Assembly (NCBI GenBank): GCA_964606485.1
Contig: CAZSGP010000003.1
Location: forward strand, 270,479-334,478
DNA: 64,000 nucleotides
Source: an uncultured Planctomycetia bacterium
Lineage (GTDB): Bacteria > Omnitrophota > Gorgyraeia > 2-02-FULL-51-18
Direction: 5' to 3'
Below the pieces are notes generated by a model. The model worked only from the letters and a program-made list of their open reading frames with translations, had not been told where the DNA came from and did not search any database. This document shows, piece after piece, positions 35,530 through 44,483 of this stretch (the stretch's first letter is position 1; each line of letters starts with the position of its first letter). The position numbers and the translations under genes were made by a program.

Positions 35530-36312
35530 CTAGTCCCTTCTTTTATGATTCATGGCAGACCTAGCCTCTCCCATGGACGATTTGCTCAATAAATAGCGGT
35601 TTTTTTGAAAAATAGTTCGGCCCCAAATATAAACCAAAAGCCATACACTTTGACTAATGTCCTGAACCTTCATTTTGGAATGCCCATAGGTACGCTTGGG
35701 CAAGCTAATCGAAATCTCGTGCACTGAATATCCGTTAAAAGAGAGGATATACAGACTTTCAAAGAAAAATGAATAACTCTTTGAAACCACTAAACCAAAC
35801 ACATCCTTAGTAATACGGTCGAGACGGTACACCCGAAAAGCGCCTGATGCGTCGTGCGGAATCTTCAAAAGATGCCTTGTTAAAAAATGCCCTAAATGCG
35901 TTAGGGTTTTACGGTAGAGATTCCAATCAGACAAACTCTTTTTGTCAAGATACCGCGACCCAATCACCACATCATATTTCTTAGAACACTCGACAAACTG
36001 AGGAATATCATCGGGCTGATGCGTAAAATCGCAATCTAGAGTCACGAGCGTCTGAAAACCTCGTTCGTACGCCCAGCGAATCCCCTCGCTATGGGCGCTT
36101 CCGATCCCCATCTTACCCTTGCGATGAATCACGCTTACAAGCGGATCATTTTTAGCGATCGCATCAGCAACGTCGCCTGTGCCATCAGGAGAACCGTCGT
36201 CCATAAAGAGTATTTCGGTTGCCAAGCCGAGACTTTTTAATTTTTCATACATCGGGCCTATATTTTCACGCTCGTTGTATGTTGGGATAAAAATCAGCGT
36301 GTCGTTTTTCAT
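35530..36312 (-). CDS. GT2 polyprenyl-phosphate sugar synthase (DPM1-like)
   Basis: LIFIPTYNEREN...MDDGSPDGT...LDCDFTHQPDD GT-A motifs. Start is taken at the internal Met MKNDTLIFI (36312); the ORF extends to 36351. Confidence 0.75.
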   Translation of the reverse strand: MKNDTLIFIPTYNERENIGPMYEKLKSLGLATEILFMDDGSPDGTGDVADAIAKNDPLVSVIHRKGKMGIGSAHSEGIRWAYERGFQTLVTLDCDFTHQPDDIPQFVECSKKYDVVIGSRYLDKKSLSDWNLYRKTLTHLGHFLTRHLLKIPHDASGAFRVYRLDRITKDVFGLVVSKSYSFFFESLYILSFNGYSVHEISISLPKRTYGHSKMKVQDISQSVWLLVYIWGRTIFQKNRYLLSKSSMGEARSAMNHKRRD

Positions 36313-37058
36313 TTTTCTAAAACTCCAGCGCTCCGACCCCAACACAACCACAGCAGCGCAAAATACCCACCAATTGTTTTAAGCGGCTTGTTTTTACTGG
36401 CACCTGCCTTTTTTTCATAGTGAAGGACGAACGGAATTTCGGTGATTCTGCATTTCATGAGACGAAATTTAATGAGAATTTCCGGTGTCACCACAAAACC
36501 CATATGCGGCAGCTCGACAAATTTGTCACCAAAAATCCGAAACGCTTTTTGAAGTGTCTCGGCGCGCATTGCGCGGTAACCGCAGCTGTATTCCCAAACA
36601 CCTTTGATGGGAAAAAAAAGTTTCAAAAAAAGTCCCGCGCCACGGCTTAAAACACTTCGAACACCGGACAACCCCTCTTCCCCGCCGCCTTTTTGATAGC
36701 GCGACAAAATCACAACGTCGTAACCTTCGCTTAGCTTTTGCATCGCCTTCGGAATGTACACCGGGTCATGCGTGTCATCGCAGTCCAGAGTAACAATCGT
36801 ATCGCCGGGAGCGGACGTTTTAGCTGCGTGATGAAGCCCGTCAATCATCGTCTGCCCCAAACCTCGGTTAACCTCATGACGAAGAATCTCGAATGGAAAT
36901 TTCACGGACAATTCTTTTGCTTTTTCATACGTCCGGTCGCTACTACCGTCATCCAAAATTAAAATTCGGTAGCCAGAACCGAGAGCAGCATGAATTTTTT
37001 GAGCGATCGGCTCGAGAGCGAGCTCCTCGTTATAGGCAGGCAAAAAAACGGTGATCAT
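36309..37058 (-). CDS. GT2 polyprenyl-phosphate sugar synthase (DPM1-like)
   Basis: ITVFLPAYNEE...LDDGSSDRT...LDCDDTHDP GT-A motifs. ATGA overlap with the upstream gene. Confidence 0.75.
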   Translation of the reverse strand: MITVFLPAYNEELALEPIAQKIHAALGSGYRILILDDGSSDRTYEKAKELSVKFPFEILRHEVNRGLGQTMIDGLHHAAKTSAPGDTIVTLDCDDTHDPVYIPKAMQKLSEGYDVVILSRYQKGGGEEGLSGVRSVLSRGAGLFLKLFFPIKGVWEYSCGYRAMRAETLQKAFRIFGDKFVELPHMGFVVTPEILIKFRLMKCRITEIPFVLHYEKKAGASKNKPLKTIGGYFALLWLCWGRSAGVLEK

Positions 37059-38155
37059 TCGAAAAAGAGGCGCAGCGCCGCCACCACGTGTTTCTGGGCG
37101 CCGAGCGTTAAGCCGTTAAACATGGGAAGCGATATCATTCGTTCGCTAACACTCTCCGTTACAGGCAGATCCCCTTGCTGGTAACCCAGCTCCTTATAAC
37201 ACTCCTGCAAATGAAGCGGTACCGGATAGTAAATACCCGTCCCGATACCTTTGGCCGTGAGAAATTCGCGGAGCGCATCACGCTTTTCGACAAGCAGTGT
37301 GTACAAATGAAAGACATGCGTCTGATTTTTAGGCACAAACGGAACAGTTACAGACACATTCTTCAGTAGTGCGTTGTAGCGGGAGGCTATTTGATTGCGC
37401 TCCTTGTTCCATCGCTCGATGTATTGCAGCTTGATCAAAAGCACCGCAGCTTGCAAATCATCCAGCCGACAGTTAAATCCAACAATCTCGTGATAGTATT
37501 TTTTTCGTGAGCCATAGTCTCGATAAAGCTTGATCTGATCCGCAATCTTGTCGTCGGAAGTCAACACCATACCCCCATCTCCGCACCCACCTAAATTTTT
37601 TGTCGGGTAAAATGAAAGACAGCCCGCATCCGCAATCGAACCCGCATTTTTACCTTTATAAATTGCGCCGTAGCTCTGAGCGGCGTCTTCCACAACTTTC
37701 AGATTGTACTTTTTTGCAATTTTTTGAATCGGCTCCAAATCCGCACAGAGACCGTAAATGTGAACCGGTAGAATTGCTTTTGTTTTTTTAGTGATTGCCT
37801 TTTCAATTTGGGAAGGGTCAATGTTAAAAGTCTTAGGATCAATATCCACAAACACCGGCTTTGCACCAATGCGCGAAATCGATCCGCCCGTTGCAAAAAA
37901 AGTAAACGGTGTGGTGATTACTTCATCACCGGGACCCACTCCACAAGCTAAAAGCACGAGATACAACGCGTCAGAACCCGAAGAAACACCGATAGCGTGT
38001 TTCACGCCACATCTTTTAGCAATTTCTTTTTCAAGGCTCACCACATTGCTTCCCAGTATGAATTGGCGGGACTTCAAAACTTTCGAAAATGCTTTTTCAA
38101 TCTTCGAATCAACAAGGCGAAACTGAGGATTTAAATCAATAAACGGAACCTTCAT
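37055..38155 (-). CDS. DegT/DnrJ/EryC1/StrS-family PLP-dependent sugar aminotransferase
   Basis: [30 protein letters not shown] and a ~366-aa length typical of the family. Confidence 0.8.
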   Translation of the reverse strand: MKVPFIDLNPQFRLVDSKIEKAFSKVLKSRQFILGSNVVSLEKEIAKRCGVKHAIGVSSGSDALYLVLLACGVGPGDEVITTPFTFFATGGSISRIGAKPVFVDIDPKTFNIDPSQIEKAITKKTKAILPVHIYGLCADLEPIQKIAKKYNLKVVEDAAQSYGAIYKGKNAGSIADAGCLSFYPTKNLGGCGDGGMVLTSDDKIADQIKLYRDYGSRKKYYHEIVGFNCRLDDLQAAVLLIKLQYIERWNKERNQIASRYNALLKNVSVTVPFVPKNQTHVFHLYTLLVEKRDALREFLTAKGIGTGIYYPVPLHLQECYKELGYQQGDLPVTESVSERMISLPMFNGLTLGAQKHVVAALRLFFE

Positions 38156-38165
38156 GAATACTCTC

Positions 38166-40151
38166 TTAAGCTAAAACGGCTTGAGCCGGTGTTGAATGAA
38201 CTTTGACAATTTCGTAGTTAGTGTTGCGCTGGAAAGGCGTTTTGCCAATTTCGGAAATCAAACGGATCGCTTCGGCTTTATCGACGCCAGAATAAAGCTT
38301 ATCACTCTTAGTAGCGCTTACCACATTTTCTTCCATTAGAATTCCGCCAAAATCATCAGCGCCAAAACGGAGTGCTGCTTGCGATAATTTTGGACCTTCG
38401 GTGACCCAACCTGCTTGAATATGTTGAATATTGTCGAGCATAATGCGTGACAGCGCCACCATGCGAAGGTATTCGCTTCCCGTGCGGCGCGGCATCAACA
38501 TCTGTGTAGACTCTGATTCAAAACTCCACGGAATAAACGCGCGGAAGCCACCAGTCCTGTCTTGTAGAGTGCGGTACTGGTCAAAATGAATCATCCGCTC
38601 TTCGATGGTTTCTCCAAGCCCGTAAACCATGGTGCTCGTGCTTTTTAAACCGGCGCGGTGGGCGGCTTCATGAACTTCAAAATAATCTTTCACGGTGGTT
38701 TTGAGCGGACTTACGATTTGACGCACGCGATCCACTAAAATCTCGGCTCCCCCACCCGGAAGACTGTTTAAACCCGCCTTTTTTAAGCGCGCAATCACTT
38801 CATCGATAGAAATTTTAGAAATTTTGGACATATGTTTAATTTCAGATGCTGAGAACGAGTGCACGTGAACCTGTGGAAACGTCGTGTGCACAAACGTCAC
38901 CAGATCTTCGTAGTATTCGATACCGAGCTCAGGATTGTGCCCGCCCTGCAGCAGCACTTGTGTTCCGCCAATATCCAAAAGCTCCTGAATTTTGTTGCGA
39001 ATTTCTTCCTGCGAGCGCACATAGCCTTCACTTTTGTCGCCCGGCAAACGATAAAACGCGCAGAACTTGCAAAGCGTGTAGCAGTAATTGGTGTAATTGA
39101 TATTGCGATCCACCACAAAAGTTGCTTGGGTCGCGGCATTCGGATTTTTTCGCTCGCAAATCTCATTTGCTACCGCACCCAATGCATGCAAACTCGCTTC
39201 ATAATAAAGTTTTACACCTTCTTGAATCGAAACCCGCTCGCCCTTCAAAGCTTTCCCGAGAATTTCCTCGCAAGATAGCGTGCTGTGCGATGACTGGGAA
39301 TGATCCTTAAAAAGAGACGGGAGCTCTTCTAAAACTACCGCTTCCTTTAAAAGACCGTATTCTGCAGCGTACTCCAAAAAGATTCTCAAACCATTTTTTA
39401 GCGAATCATCGAAATGATAACGCAGAACCGAAAAATAATCTTGAAGCACGGTGCGTGAAAGTTCGGTTTTTTCGAACGCCTTATTCAGAACCTCTTGTGA
39501 GTTGGCCTTACCCCAATCACGGGAACGTAAAATTCCTTCGTAAATAGCCGTTACGGCATCGGGGTATTGATCATAAAACTCACGGCGTACGGCCCAGAGC
39601 GCAAATACGAACGGTGTTTGGGTGGTCTCCTGCCAAACTTTGGCCAAATCAATAAAATGAAGCCCCGCGTCTTTTTTGTGGGATTCATACGCATGAAGCG
39701 CCTGATCGCCAATCAGCAGCACCGCATCGAAACCTTGCGGAATCTCTCCAAAATCGGAGGATGCAATAGTTAAATCCGGATCAAATCCGTGGCGCGTGCG
39801 GCACAGCACTTTTAAAAGCGCCGGCGTGGTGCTCCCCTTGTCAGTGATCGCTATCTTTTTTCCCTTAAGCTCGGCAAGTGTAAACCGGCTCACCAAAAGA
39901 ACACTATAAACCGCGCTTTCGGAGCTAATGGACAGATCTGGCAACAGATAAAATTTCTCCGAGTGAGACGCGTACCAAAAAGCTGAGATCGGACTAATAT
40001 CGAGATCCCCACTCAACATTTTTTCGTTGAGCTGCATCGGAGTGCCTTGAACGATTTGTGCGTTCAAACGGATTTTGGAATTTAAAATTCCCAAGTCCAC
40101 CGGCAAAGAATTGATGAATTCAATTGAGCCTACTTTTGCGAGGGATTTCAT
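38166..40151 (-). CDS. Fusion of an MqnA/MqnD-family (VitK2_biosynth) domain with a radical-SAM MqnE/MqnC-family domain (futalosine pathway)
   Basis: Single 661-aa ORF. The N-terminal ~270 aa are MqnA-like (GSIEFINSLPV..., ISPISAFWYA). The C-terminal ~380 aa are radical SAM with CYTLCKFCAF (CxxxCxxC) and the CofH/MqnC/MqnE-type C-terminus. Confidence 0.7.
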   Translation of the reverse strand: MKSLAKVGSIEFINSLPVDLGILNSKIRLNAQIVQGTPMQLNEKMLSGDLDISPISAFWYASHSEKFYLLPDLSISSESAVYSVLLVSRFTLAELKGKKIAITDKGSTTPALLKVLCRTRHGFDPDLTIASSDFGEIPQGFDAVLLIGDQALHAYESHKKDAGLHFIDLAKVWQETTQTPFVFALWAVRREFYDQYPDAVTAIYEGILRSRDWGKANSQEVLNKAFEKTELSRTVLQDYFSVLRYHFDDSLKNGLRIFLEYAAEYGLLKEAVVLEELPSLFKDHSQSSHSTLSCEEILGKALKGERVSIQEGVKLYYEASLHALGAVANEICERKNPNAATQATFVVDRNINYTNYCYTLCKFCAFYRLPGDKSEGYVRSQEEIRNKIQELLDIGGTQVLLQGGHNPELGIEYYEDLVTFVHTTFPQVHVHSFSASEIKHMSKISKISIDEVIARLKKAGLNSLPGGGAEILVDRVRQIVSPLKTTVKDYFEVHEAAHRAGLKSTSTMVYGLGETIEERMIHFDQYRTLQDRTGGFRAFIPWSFESESTQMLMPRRTGSEYLRMVALSRIMLDNIQHIQAGWVTEGPKLSQAALRFGADDFGGILMEENVVSATKSDKLYSGVDKAEAIRLISEIGKTPFQRNTNYEIVKVHSTPAQAVLA

Positions 40152-41246
40152 TTAGGCCACCAAATGCTCTTTGTGAATCGCGGTATAAGTGCTATTAACT
40201 TCCACCGGCTCAAAATGACAAGCCTTAATCAAATTCACAAGTTCGCTGTAAGTAAACCCTTTGGAGGTGGACCCGGCAACCTTTGCAATGACTTCATCAA
40301 AGTTCGTGCCGCCCAAATCATCCACGCCATACTCGAGCGCCACGTGAATGAGTTTTTCGTCGACATAATTCCAAAGCTGGCGAATATGCGGGAAATTATC
40401 AATCATCAGCCGCGCCGTCGCAAGCACCTGCAAATCGGTGGCGCCGCTGGTTCTAGGAATGTAGGACAGTTCGTTATTCTCCGGCTGAAACGCGAGCGGC
40501 ACAAAAGCAAGGAATCCGCCCGTTTCATCCTGCGTCTCGCGCAAACGAATCATATGATCCACGCGCTCTTCCGGTGTCTCGACATGACCGTACAACATGG
40601 TTGCGTTTGATCGCAGTCCTGAACGGTGAACCATTTTGTGAACGTCAAGCCAACGCGTGGCGCTAATTTTGGGCGCACAAATAAGAGCCCGGGCGCGTTC
40701 ACTGAAAATTTCAGCTCCTCCACCTGGCACGCCGCCAAGCCCAGCAGCAATAAGACGATCGATCACTTCCTGAACATTAATTTTTTCAAGTCTGGCATAA
40801 AAATCAAGCTCAACCGCCGTGAACGCCTGAATTAAAACGCCGGGGCAGGATTTTTTAATGCGCGAGAGCATTTCTTCGTAGTAAGAAAGTTTGAGCTCGG
40901 GGTCGAGCCCCCCAACAATGTGAACCTCCCAAACGCCGTGACTTGCCGCAACCTTGACGCGCCGCTCAATCTCATCGATCGAAAGCTGATAAGCATCCGA
41001 CTCCATTTTCTTTTTGGAGAATGCGCAAAACTTACACTCCAAAACGCAAATGTTCGTGTGATTGACGTTGATGCTATGCGTAAAATGGGCTTTGTTTGCA
41101 TGTAAGCGGCGGCGCACAAAATCAGCCATTGCGCCAAGCTCCGGTAAATTGTGGCTACGAATCAACCGGTGCCCATCCTCACGGGAAAGACGCGTGCCTG
41201 CTTTTACTTTTTCAAAAATATCCGCAAATTCTTTGACGATTGTCAT
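40152..41246 (-). CDS. Radical-SAM enzyme of the MqnC/MqnE (CofH-like) family (futalosine pathway)
   Basis: CVLECKFCAF CxxxCxxC motif; 364 aa. The sequence is homologous to the C-terminal half of the adjacent fusion protein. Confidence 0.75.
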   Translation of the reverse strand: MTIVKEFADIFEKVKAGTRLSREDGHRLIRSHNLPELGAMADFVRRRLHANKAHFTHSINVNHTNICVLECKFCAFSKKKMESDAYQLSIDEIERRVKVAASHGVWEVHIVGGLDPELKLSYYEEMLSRIKKSCPGVLIQAFTAVELDFYARLEKINVQEVIDRLIAAGLGGVPGGGAEIFSERARALICAPKISATRWLDVHKMVHRSGLRSNATMLYGHVETPEERVDHMIRLRETQDETGGFLAFVPLAFQPENNELSYIPRTSGATDLQVLATARLMIDNFPHIRQLWNYVDEKLIHVALEYGVDDLGGTNFDEVIAKVAGSTSKGFTYSELVNLIKACHFEPVEVNSTYTAIHKEHLVA

Positions 41247-41854
41247 TCAGCTCCAGCCTCTTTCCAGCGCTTAAAAAGGTTATGTTCTATTTTCAACAAA
41301 TCAAAAACTCGCCCAATCGTAAAATCCACCATCTCTTCAATTGTTTTGGGCTTGTGGTAAAACGCTGTGGTGGCCGGCACAATGTGAACACCGATCTCCG
41401 ACAGATAGAGCAAATTTTTCAAGTGAATCGGACTTAAAGGACTCTCGCGCGGCACAAGTAGCAGCGGTCGCTTTTCCTTGATCGACACGCTCGCTGCGCG
41501 ATGAATCAAATTCATCGTAATCCCATTCGCGATGGCTCCCACCGTGGACAAGCTACACGGGATCACCACCATGGCGTCCATTTTAGCAGAACCACTGGAA
41601 ACTTTTGCAGCAAAATCATCGGCCGGATAAACGGTGAGATTCTTGCTATTTCCAAAGTGTTTCTTAAAATTTTTGTCAATTTCGCCGTGCGTCTTTCCCA
41701 GAAAAATTTCGCGCTCTTGGGCGAACACCTCAACCCCATCTCGACTAATGACAACATGCGCCTCGTGACCTGCTTTAAGCAAATGCCCCACAAAGCGCTC
41801 TCCTAAGATCGCGCCGCTAGCACCCGTAATACCAACGATAATTTTTTGACCCAT
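41243..41854 (-). CDS. ubiX: UbiX-family flavin prenyltransferase
   Basis: MGQKIIVGITGASGAILG N-terminus typical of UbiX/Pad1. Start is taken at the internal Met (41854), so the gene abuts the UbiA-family gene; the ORF extends to 41884. Confidence 0.75.
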   Translation of the reverse strand: MGQKIIVGITGASGAILGERFVGHLLKAGHEAHVVISRDGVEVFAQEREIFLGKTHGEIDKNFKKHFGNSKNLTVYPADDFAAKVSSGSAKMDAMVVIPCSLSTVGAIANGITMNLIHRAASVSIKEKRPLLLVPRESPLSPIHLKNLLYLSEIGVHIVPATTAFYHKPKTIEEMVDFTIGRVFDLLKIEHNLFKRWKEAGAE

Positions 41855-41855
41855 A

Positions 41856-42701
41856 CTACAAGATCTCCAATAGGGTAAACACAAAAAGAAGCACGCCCAC
41901 CCAACCGTTCACAGTAAAGAAAGCAGCGTTAATATTTGACAGATCGTCTTCCGAAACAAAGTTATGCTCGACTTTGAGTAGAACGGCCGTGACACAAACC
42001 CCCGCCCAATACACCCAACCCAGTCCCGCAATCACTCCAAAAAAACCGAGCAGAACCACGGTTGCAATGTGGCAGATCCGGGCAATTCGAAGAGCCCCGC
42101 CAATTCCAAATCGAACCGGCACAGAGTGAAGTTTGTTTGCTCGGTCAAAATCCAAGTCCTGCAAACTATAAATAATGTCAAAGCCCGCTACCCAGAGTAA
42201 CACCGCAAACGCAAGCGGCACAGGGATCCACGAAAACGCGCCGGTCACCGCAATCCATCCGCCCATCGGCGCCATGGCGAGCACCAGGCCCAGCACCCAG
42301 TGGCTTAGAAAGCTAAAGCGCTTTACGCTGTGATAACCCACCAAAAAAACAAGTGCTACAAAAGACAACTTAAAACAAAGTGCGTTCAAAAAATAAGCGC
42401 TTAAGAAAAATATCGCGAGTGACACTCCCGCGACCATCCACGACACTTTCGCAGAAATTTGCCCGGTGACACTCGGCCGGTCCTTGGTCCGCGGATTTTG
42501 CGCGTCTATTTTTAAATCGATAATCCGGTTTAAAACCATGGCGGCGGTTCTTGCTGAAACCATTGCAAGCGTGATCCAAAAAAAAGTCGCACCATCCGGA
42601 AATCGCCGACGCGCCAGCACCATCCCCAGATACGCAAATGGAAGCGCAAATACTGTATGCTCAAACTTAATGAGATTAAAAAAAGTTCGGACTTTATTCA
42701 C
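41856..42701 (-). CDS. UbiA-family aromatic prenyltransferase (menaquinone/MqnP-like)
   Basis: 281-aa polytopic membrane protein with Asp-rich motifs (NRIIDLKIDAQN; DIIYSLQDLDFD) characteristic of UbiA prenyltransferases. Confidence 0.75.
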   Translation of the reverse strand: MNKVRTFFNLIKFEHTVFALPFAYLGMVLARRRFPDGATFFWITLAMVSARTAAMVLNRIIDLKIDAQNPRTKDRPSVTGQISAKVSWMVAGVSLAIFFLSAYFLNALCFKLSFVALVFLVGYHSVKRFSFLSHWVLGLVLAMAPMGGWIAVTGAFSWIPVPLAFAVLLWVAGFDIIYSLQDLDFDRANKLHSVPVRFGIGGALRIARICHIATVVLLGFFGVIAGLGWVYWAGVCVTAVLLKVEHNFVSEDDLSNINAAFFTVNGWVGVLLFVFTLLEIL

Positions 42702-42708
42702 TTAAAGG

Positions 42709-43026
42709 CTAATAAACTTTTACGATTTCGTTGACGCGTGTCACATTCAAAACTTTTTTAACCGTATCAGAGGCATTGACGATAGCCACGTTGATCTTTC
42801 GCTCCGACGCGACTTGCGCCAACTCAAAGATGAGACCGATGGCGGCGGAGTCGATGTATTCGGCTTCCTTAAAATCCATAAAAAATTCACGCCCGGTGAT
42901 TTCGCGAATTTTATCGAGCATGGAGTCGTGAATTTTCATCACGTCTTCCCCAGCCATCTCCCCTTGTATCCGCGCAATGCAGGAACCATTTTTTTGAATA
43001 TCGTAAAAAATTTTAAGATCGTCCAT
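42709..43026 (-). CDS. STAS-domain protein (anti-sigma-factor antagonist SpoIIAA-like)
   Basis: About 105-aa STAS-like sequence (DSAAIGLIFELAQVASERKINVAIVNASDTVKKVLNVT). Start is taken at the internal Met MDDLKIF (43026); the ORF extends to 43104. Confidence 0.55.
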   Translation of the reverse strand: MDDLKIFYDIQKNGSCIARIQGEMAGEDVMKIHDSMLDKIREITGREFFMDFKEAEYIDSAAIGLIFELAQVASERKINVAIVNASDTVKKVLNVTRVNEIVKVY

Positions 43027-43028
43027 TT

Positions 43029-44483
43029 CTAGACTCCTAATTTGCTCCACAGCGCATCGACTGTTTTTTTGGTTGTGTCGTCCATCTGAATCTCTTCGGG
43101 CCACTGCCGAGCGTAGCCCTCATCTTTTCGTTTGGCCGTCGCATCAATTCCAAGTTTTGAACCAAAATCTCTTTCGGGTGAAGCGTGATTCAGGGTGTCC
43201 ACCGGCCCCTCCACCACAAACAAATCACGCTTAGGGTCAATATTGTTAAAAACGGTGAGTGCAACTTCGGAAAGATTGTGCACGTTTACGCTTTTGTCGA
43301 CGACAATCACCACTTTGGTGAACGACAACTGACCCAAACCCCAGATGGCATGCGCAACCTTGCGCGCTTGGTGAGGATACTGTTTGTCGATGGATACGAT
43401 CACGGCGTTGTTAAAGGTGCCTTCCATTGGGAAATTCATATCCACGATTTCCGGAATCTGTTTTTTTAAAATCGGCAAAAAACTTTTTTCAATCGCCTTG
43501 CCCATGTAATAGTCCTCCATCGGGGGTTTTCCGACAATTGTTGTCAGATAAATTGGATTTTTTCGCATCGTGATGCAGTGCACTTTGAAAGCAGGGAAAT
43601 ATTCGACCGGTGTGTAAACACCCGTATGATCGCCAAACGGACCTTCAATTCGCAAGTCGTCCGGATCCACCGTGCCCTCTAAAATAATTTCACTCTCAGC
43701 CGGAACGTCCACATCAATTGTTTTGCATTTGACGAGGTCGACACCTTTGCGCCTTAGAAAACCGCTGAATAGTAATTCGTCCATTCCAAATGGAAGCGGC
43801 ACCACACCTGCAAATACCGTCGCAGGGTCTCCACCCAAAGCCACGGCCACTTCCAGCTTCTTCCCCATTTTTTTTGCTTTTTGGGCGTGAATCGCGCCGT
43901 CCTTTTGCGTCTGCCAATGCATTCCGGTAGTCTTATCATCATACACATGCATTCGGTAAACGCCCATATTGCGCTCACCCGTTTCAGGGTCCTTCGTGCA
44001 AACGAGCGGAAGCGTGATAAACGGGCCACCATCATTCGGCCAACATTTTAAAATAGGGATCTGGGAGAGCCTGGGTTCATGAATCACAATTTCTTGGCAC
44101 GGCGCTGACTGAACGTGTTTGGGTGGAATCTTAGACAAATCTAAAAGCGTTCCGAGTAATTTTACTTTTCCCTCGAATGTTTTAGGCACACCTTTGATTT
44201 CTAGAATCTCATGAATGGACTTCGCAGCATCGTCGATGGTTTCGCAGCCCATGGCCATGGCCATTCGTTTGTAAGAACCAAAAGCATTGATGAGAACCGG
44301 AATGTTGTGGCCTTTGACGTTTTCAAAAAGCAAGGCTTTGCCGCCATCCGGGCTCTTAGAGACGCGGTCTGTGATCTCGGTGATTTCGAGCTCTGCTGAA
44401 ACTTCCTGGCGGACACGGACAAGTTCGCCGGCACGGTCTAGCGCTGAAATAAACTCTCGAAGATTTCGGTGGTGACCCGCCAT
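43029..44483 (-). CDS. ubiD: UbiD-family (prenylated-FMN dependent) decarboxylase
   Basis: 484-aa UbiD-like sequence located between UbiA/UbiX and UbiE homologues. Confidence 0.75.
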   Translation of the reverse strand: MAGHHRNLREFISALDRAGELVRVRQEVSAELEITEITDRVSKSPDGGKALLFENVKGHNIPVLINAFGSYKRMAMAMGCETIDDAAKSIHEILEIKGVPKTFEGKVKLLGTLLDLSKIPPKHVQSAPCQEIVIHEPRLSQIPILKCWPNDGGPFITLPLVCTKDPETGERNMGVYRMHVYDDKTTGMHWQTQKDGAIHAQKAKKMGKKLEVAVALGGDPATVFAGVVPLPFGMDELLFSGFLRRKGVDLVKCKTIDVDVPAESEIILEGTVDPDDLRIEGPFGDHTGVYTPVEYFPAFKVHCITMRKNPIYLTTIVGKPPMEDYYMGKAIEKSFLPILKKQIPEIVDMNFPMEGTFNNAVIVSIDKQYPHQARKVAHAIWGLGQLSFTKVVIVVDKSVNVHNLSEVALTVFNNIDPKRDLFVVEGPVDTLNHASPERDFGSKLGIDATAKRKDEGYARQWPEEIQMDDTTKKTVDALWSKLGV

